Shown: positions 61,753 through 64,000 of the stretch, piece after piece
Position numbering within the stretch: the first letter of the stretch is position 1
Layout: each line of letters starts with the position of its first letter
From: Aplysia californica
Taxonomy: Eukaryota
Assembly: GCF_000002075.1 (NCBI RefSeq)
Contig: NW_004797350.1
Location: 1,032,505-1,096,504, forward strand
DNA length: 64,000 nucleotides
Direction of reading: 5' to 3'
Notes under the pieces: model-generated
Told to the model about the DNA's origin: nothing
Database searches by the model: none
Seen by the model: only the letters and a program-made list of their open reading frames with translations
Translations under genes and position numbers: made by a program

Positions 61753-63243
61753 CAGGGTCCCCACCAGGTCGGGAAATCGGGAAAAAGTCGGGAAATTTGA
61801 GATAGGTCGGGAAAAAGTCGGGAATTTTGTGATGAGTCGGGAAAGGATAGGGCCTGTGTAATGTGTAGCTATCTAGACTGTATGGTTGATAAATCCTGAA
61901 GAGGAAACGTAATTGAACCGCTGTGGCGGAAGTGTATGTGTGACACCGAGGCTCGATCGGGAAGAATCAAGATCTACTTTCGCTTTCGTTACCACCCAGA
62001 AATTTTCCGGTAATAGTCTGATACTACTGATGATAGATAACGCAACATTTGTAACATGCAGGTTATGCACCATGAACGCTGTGTCGCCTTGAAAATAAAT
62101 CAATATTAAAAATTGCCCTCTGCTGTCGCTTTCTGGAAAAAAAAAAGAAAAAGAACTTATACAAGCGTCTTGACAGGTTCGCCCTCGTGACCGGTCAATG
62201 AACCTGTGAGTACCGGCGGTCTGAGCGCTGTGAAGTATAGGACTCCTTTATAAGATACACTCGTGGAAGGGGATTGGGGGGGGGGGGGGGAGCTGAAGGC
62301 AACCCTAGAGGACAAAAACTGAACTTGGAAGCAAATTTTTTGCATTTTGACAACTACTTTAGAGCTCTCTGCAAAGCGCGCGTTGGTGCAGGCCTTGTGT
62401 GGAATCCGGATCCGTCATGCCTTGTTATTGAACTAAAGTGTTCGCGTTTCATTGGATGGGGTGATTGTAATTTATATCTATATTTTAGCTTTCTGTTCAA
62501 GATTGGCAGATTTTCAGTGTCACTGCATCTTGCGCCCCCCCAGTTCTTACACCTCTCACACTGAATAGGTGTACTTGAGCCATTCTAGTTATTACTAATA
62601 TTACTCTTCTTTGAGTTGCAGCAGTGGTTTTCGTCTTCACGTTTATTATATGAATCAGGACGCCCAGACTGGTTATTGACAGTCGATATTCTAGTTCTAG
62701 GTCTTTTCTCAGGCTCAAAACAGGATTCATTTTTTATATAGGGCCTATAGTTTGTTATGTTGGCTAATATGATGAGGGGAAAATAGAAATAAGTAAGAAC
62801 AGACTGAAATACCAAAGTCTCTCAAGATCCCAGTGCCACACTGACATGTTGTTGACTGGATATAATGTACCTACATGTGTATGTGTGTGTATTCACAAAC
62901 ATATACATGTATTATATTAGATATAAATTATATATAATAAATGGAGCACACGCTTTCATTGTTATGTAACGTGTTCCTGGAAAATGGATGAGGCCCCTCC
63001 CTTGGAAAATTGAGAAGCTGGGTTGGCAGTCACCCAGTATTATAGTCATCTATTGTTTGAAGACTATACTACAAAACGTACATTTGCATTCATTTATAGA
63101 CATTTTGACTTTTTATCATTGATAGATGGGCTTTTTGGGGGATTATTCTTGACGCGCAGCGGCCTGATTTTTCCCTCGAATTGGGGTCTTGAAAAAAATT
63201 TGGGGGTCTTGAAAAAATTTTCCAGGATTTGGTGGGGACCCTG
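61753..63243. mobile_element. Non-autonomous hAT-like element with a 6-bp TSD
   Basis: TIR cagggtccccacca; TSD aatcta at 61747-61752 and 63244-63249; subterminal gtcgggaa and gtcttgaa repeats. Confidence 0.85.
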
Positions 63244-63669
63244 AATCTAAAACAAGCATTTGGTTCCTAGTGGTTCTATGGTACTGGTTCCTACCATTAA
63301 AATAAAAAAAGTCTACTTTTTAAATTTATGGTAAGAATTTGAATAATGCAATGTGTTTTGTGTTGATTAAATAGCATTTGTATAGGGCAAATTCCTGCTC
63401 AACAGCAAGCTCTATGCGTTTTACATTCTATATTATTATCCCAGTAGACCTGATAGCATTCTGAAACAATCTCAACTTCCTGAGAAGCATACAGTGCAAG
63501 GTGCCATTTTATAGGCACCAAAACGCAAACACACTGACGAGATCTCTTTATGACAAATCTTCCTATTGACATCACCCACTCATATATCAATAGCAAGTAG
63601 AAAGTGTAGTGTTCTTATGTTTTTGAGCCTCGCATTAATTATAACTTTTCTTTTTTTTTTTCGTCTCAG

Positions 63670-64000
63670 CGCCGCATCCATCTGTAGTTTTACCCCCGAG
63701 GTCATCGGCTGCTATTGTTGTTGGAGACACAAGCCCCCGCGCAGAGGACTCTGACATCGGCAGTATAGCCAGCAGCATCGCCAGCGGAAGCTCTCTCGGC
63801 GAGCAGATCTCTCGTTACTGTCGCAGCACGCCAGGGGCCTCGGCTGACGCGCAGCACCACCACGACTTGTCCGTCATCCTGTCTGCCCCCTCGGACACCA
63901 ACACGAGCGAGGTCAGGGGTTACGACAGCAATATCGAGGTGGAGGAGGCCGATGCTGTGAGCAGCGTGTATGTCCCTAGGGAAGAGTGGGAGCAGGTGGT
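63670..64000 (+). CDS. ZNF106: ZNF106-like exon running off the window end; WD40 repeats expected downstream
   Basis: Strong acceptor; phase-1 frame open to the window end. Confidence 0.78.

Overview
Animal (invertebrate, probably mollusc-like) genomic DNA with five assembly gaps. There are no prokaryotic features and no CRISPR array. Left: the 3' part of POLE2 (DNA polymerase epsilon subunit B), 8 exons on + from 535 to 18485. It has a U12 AT-AC intron (1145-1704), an 11.6 kb last intron holding a CpG-rich block and a separate 146-aa ORF, and an unusual C-terminal tail with an SQ cluster and a PIP-box-like motif. Right: the 5' part of a ZNF106-like gene, 10 exons on + from 48887 to past 64000, with a GC-AG intron inside zinc finger 1 and a young RNase H-bearing LINE in an intron. 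Between them lie a decayed multi-exon minus-strand gene with an HMG-box-like exon (~23-30 kb) and a CpG-rich intergenic domain (~30-44 kb). That domain contains MITEs, SINEs, a split histone H4 pseudogene and what look like two classes of cut-and-paste transposon excision footprints. One class is five 14-46 bp palindromes (CACAGAATTCT...AGAATTCTGTG) with 8-bp target duplications, resembling P-element footprints. The other is (TAGATC)n arrays, readable as iterated TA+GATC+TA footprints. Gene calls rest on recalled similarity to known proteins and hand-checked splice phases; no database searches were run.
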